Shown here: positions 61,058 through 64,000 of the stretch, piece by piece
How the letters are laid out: each line of letters opens with the position of its first letter
How positions within the stretch are numbered: position 1 is the stretch's first letter
Source: Nitrosopumilaceae archaeon
GTDB lineage: Archaea; Thermoproteota; Nitrososphaeria; Nitrososphaerales; Nitrosopumilaceae
Direction: 5' to 3'
Assembly: GCA_965200155.1 (NCBI GenBank)
Contig: CBDATR010000034.1
Location: 32,001-96,000 of the forward strand
DNA: 64,000 bases
Program-made: the position numbers and the translations under genes
Notes under the pieces: model-generated
What the model was told of the DNA's origin: nothing
Seen by the model: the letters and a program-made list of their open reading frames with translations, nothing else
Databases searched by the model: none

Positions 61058-61288
61058 TTATTTTTGGCTGATCTTGAACATTTCTACAGTTAGTAGATCA
61101 ATGGCCTTCTTGAGATGCCCAAACTCGTTGATGCTGTGGCTCTGACCCTGTACTAGGTGCCGGAGTATGGCAATGATGCCCTTCTGAAACTCGTCCTTGG
61201 CGTATATCTCCAGCGCGTTAAGCTTGGCGTGCAGTATCTCTAAATCCTGTCGCATCTTTTCTGGTGTTTCATGTTTTCCCAATTGCAT
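61058..61288 (-). CDS. hypothetical small helical protein
   Basis: 76-aa ORF with an amphipathic pattern. Confidence 0.55.
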   Translation of the reverse strand: MQLGKHETPEKMRQDLEILHAKLNALEIYAKDEFQKGIIAILRHLVQGQSHSINEFGHLKKAIDLLTVEMFKISQK

Positions 61289-61362
61289 CTGGTATACTGT
61301 GATGTACCATTATGACTGTATCGATGGGGGATTTACTTGCTGTCTGCATGCTCAGCGCAGTC

Positions 61363-61463
61363 GTATGAGTTCACCTGTGTCTAAATTTACGCATAACTGA
61401 TGGAACAGGTTGTTCTAGTTAATGTGATTTGTGCATAAGATTCCGGAAGGCGTGAACTCATAC
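61363..61463. mobile_element. MITE family A, 101-bp variant
   Basis: TIRs; TSD GCGCAGTC / GCACAGTC (1 mismatch). Confidence 0.93.
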
Positions 61464-61593
61464 GCACAGTCTGCTATCCTGCATCCATGTCCATTAGGTT
61501 GTGGGTATCTCCGGAGATTCCGGCAACCCATATGTGACCCCGGCGCCACTTTACATCACTAGATTTTTATGTATGCCATAAAGTTGTTTCCTG

Positions 61594-62187
61594 TTGTATT
61601 CAGTGGAGATACTGTCAAGCGAGGATAGCAGAATCAGCGTCAGGCTGGTGGGCTTTCCCATACAATATGCCAACGCACTGAGGCGCATATGCCTCAACGG
61701 GATATCAACATATGCCATACATGCCGTGGATGTAGTGGAAAATACATCGGTTCTGGCCGATGAGGGACTGGCACACAGACTGGCCCTGATTCCACTGATT
61801 ACGCCCCGTGACGAAATACACACTCCTGATAACCGTGTCATGCTCATACTGGATTCGGGCAACGCCTTGGAGACCACTACCGTTACCACTGGCAGCCTAT
61901 CCTCCGAGGACTCTGTAATAAAACCTGTATCTGATGATATACCCATAGTGGAGCTGGCTCCGGGACAAAAGGTAATTGCCGAGTGCTATGCCATACTGGG
62001 CCGGGGATCTGAGCACGCCAAGTGGAACACTTCCAATATAGCGACTCTTACAGGAACCGAGGAAGAGGGTCTTGTTCTTACTGTCGAATCCGCCGGTTCC
62101 ATGACACCCAAGGATATTCTGTTAGCGGGTATGGATGAACTGACGCATAGGCTGGAGCAGTTCCAGGAAACTATATCCTCTCGCTAG
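61594..62187 (+). CDS. rpoD: DNA-directed RNA polymerase subunit D (Rpo3)
   Basis: ANALRR, ENTSVLADEGLAHRLALIPL, IPIVELAPGQ and EHAKW motifs. Confidence 0.95.
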   Translation: MYSVEILSSEDSRISVRLVGFPIQYANALRRICLNGISTYAIHAVDVVENTSVLADEGLAHRLALIPLITPRDEIHTPDNRVMLILDSGNALETTTVTTGSLSSEDSVIKPVSDDIPIVELAPGQKVIAECYAILGRGSEHAKWNTSNIATLTGTEEEGLVLTVESAGSMTPKDILLAGMDELTHRLEQFQETISSR

Positions 62188-62269
62188 ATACTGTACATAC
62201 AAGCCGTGCCAAAGAACTGTACGTTTTATCAATTACAATAAATCAGTAGCCTGACTACCAATCACTGCT

Positions 62270-62361
62270 TATGGCGGCCACCATAAGTGTCTGGGTAACA
62301 AATCCTACATTTGACACAGACAATCCCCGTCTTGCATGTCAGAGTTATGGCGTTCGCTATA
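62270..62361. mobile_element. MITE family C
   Basis: TATGGCGGCCACCATAA...TTATGGCGTTCGCTATA. Confidence 0.78.
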
Positions 62362-62662
62362 GCCGTATCAAAGGCAGTCTGAGTAGTACATCATTCCTTC
62401 AATCAAATGTATGAATCGTACTGATCGTGGTTATCGTAGTCGTTTGGAATGCACAAAAACCATTCACCATCATATGGGACAAGTTCCGGCACGATCATGC
62501 TGTGGCCATACAGGAAGATTAGTCCGTCTCAAATACATTGAATCCATGTCAATGGCTACCCGGAACAGGAAAGACTATGTTGTCTGGGTATGTGGTGCGA
62601 CTTTAACGATTATCACATCATATTACTAACCGTTAATATTGGAGTGTATAGGGTGAATCCCG

Positions 62663-63007
62663 TTGAACGAGCAGAGGGTACGTATGGCGCGCCAACTCAG
62701 AAAGGCCTCCACATCACAAAAGGCGCCTATATGGAAGCGATTGTCAAGCGAGGCTCTAAAGCCATCCATTGCCAGGCGTACCATTAACATAAACAAGCTT
62801 GCAAAGCTTACAAAGAATGGCGACACGGTGGCTTTTGCCGGTAAGGTTTTGGGTACCGGAAGTATATCCCACAGCATAACTCTATTCTCCTTTGGCATCT
62901 CACAGTCGGCCGCATCAAAGATAACTCAGGCTGGCGGACGTATCGTGAGTCATGATACCATTCTGTCCGAGAGACCCGCGGGGTCAGGGGTGCTATTACT
63001 TGGCTGA
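62663..63007 (+). CDS. rpl18e: 50S ribosomal protein L18e
   Basis: APIWKR, ININKL, GKVLGTG and KITQAGG motifs. Confidence 0.94.
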   Translation: MNEQRVRMARQLRKASTSQKAPIWKRLSSEALKPSIARRTININKLAKLTKNGDTVAFAGKVLGTGSISHSITLFSFGISQSAASKITQAGGRIVSHDTILSERPAGSGVLLLG

Positions 63008-63011
63008 GGAC

Positions 63012-63443
63012 ATGCTACACATTGTGGTGGATTCTACGGATCACGTGGCCGGTCGGTTGGCATCATATACAGCCAAGATGCTACTGAAAGGTAATCGTGT
63101 CACACTGGTGAACTGTGAAAGAATAATGGTCAGCGGATCCCGTAGTAACATAATAGGTGAGCATCGGAAATTTCTTGAAGTCGCTAGTATACTCAACCCG
63201 AAACACGGCCCATTCCACCCCCGCCGACCGGATACCATAATGGAGAGGATGGTCCGGGGCATGCTTCCGCGAAAGAAGCCGTCCGGCCGCGCCGCCCACA
63301 AACGGCTTCGTACGTATATCGGCGTACCAAAAGAGGTAAAGTCTCTCAAAAAGATACAGGTTGAAAACGCGCGCATAAGGCGGGCAGCCTACACGTATAC
63401 TACCATGGCCGACATTGGCAGGACCATAGGGTGGACAGAATGA
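63012..63443 (+). CDS. rpl13: 50S ribosomal protein L13
   Basis: GRLAS, GPFHPRRPD and VRGMLP motifs; start approximate. Confidence 0.95.
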   Translation: MLHIVVDSTDHVAGRLASYTAKMLLKGNRVTLVNCERIMVSGSRSNIIGEHRKFLEVASILNPKHGPFHPRRPDTIMERMVRGMLPRKKPSGRAAHKRLRTYIGVPKEVKSLKKIQVENARIRRAAYTYTTMADIGRTIGWTE

Positions 63444-63883
63444 CCAAAACCGAGATATACTTTGCCACCCGCAAGACCGCCAGCGCCTTTGTTCACATAA
63501 AGCGGGGAAGCGGTAGCATTCGCGTAAACAACATTCCGGTAGAAATGATTCCCATAGAGATAGCCAGGGAGACCATACTGGCCCCCGTCGAGGTAGCGGG
63601 CGAGATACGGAACAAGGTGGATATTTCTGTCCGCGTCAGGGGAGGCGGCTACATGGGCCAGGCAGGTGCGGCAGCCATTGCCATATCCAGAGCCTTGGTA
63701 GGCTGGACAAAGTCCCGCAAGGAACCCCGGGATCACCCACTACAAAAACCCGTTCGTGACGACTTGCGGAAACTCATAACCGAGTATGACAAGTACCTGA
63801 TAAGCGGCGATGCCCGGCGCAAGGAGCCCAAAAAGTTTGGCGGCCCCGGTGCACGCAGGCGAAAACAGAAATCATACCGATGA
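63440..63883 (+). CDS. rps9: 30S ribosomal protein S9
   Basis: RKTA, VRGGG..GQA and DARRKEPKKFGGPGARRRKQKSYR. Confidence 0.97.
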   Translation: MTKTEIYFATRKTASAFVHIKRGSGSIRVNNIPVEMIPIEIARETILAPVEVAGEIRNKVDISVRVRGGGYMGQAGAAAIAISRALVGWTKSRKEPRDHPLQKPVRDDLRKLITEYDKYLISGDARRKEPKKFGGPGARRRKQKSYR

Positions 63884-64000
63884 GGGCGGTCATAATGGCC
63901 GGTGGCCAGGGTACGAGAGCGCGTCCATTTACAAATCATTTTCCCAAGGCCATGATGCCAATTCTGGGCCGCCCCATGATAGAATACATTATTGACCATC

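Overview
This is an archaeal chromosomal window. The gene set and protein sequences point to Nitrososphaerota/Thaumarchaeota (Nitrosopumilaceae-like). The pseudogene and IS load suggests a host-associated lineage, which is an inference. The core backbone includes thrS, trpS, pheST, deoxyhypusine synthase, coaD, NAD kinase, Nob1, TrmI, TBP, MAP, 2-oxoacid:ferredoxin oxidoreductase, XPF, prefoldin beta, Pcc1, L37ae, exosome Rrp42/41/4, SBDS, RpoD, L18e, L13, S9 and tRNA-Thr(GGT). It is densely interrupted by mobile DNA: three copies of a single-ORF IS66-family element (one intact ORF), 14 complete 92-119 bp MITEs sharing its 12-bp terminal repeat and 8-bp target-site duplication (TSD), a second 8-bp-TSD MITE family, a TA-flanked MITE family, and IS481, IS5 and possible TnpB remnants. 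Four observations stand out. (1) A Type ISP restriction-modification gene has an (AGCCAGTC)5 tract followed by a duplicated, diverged specificity sub-module, so the three reading frames give three different products. (2) A recurrent 12-15 bp near-palindromic motif (RGAAC..GG..TTCY) replaces 4-7 bp at unrelated sites in mobile DNA. (3) MITE-bounded composite cassettes have their own TSDs, two of them carrying an acylphosphatase/coiled-coil gene. (4) A 1.8-kb near-identical duplication encodes a secreted coiled-coil protein. All calls are by eye, with no database searches.
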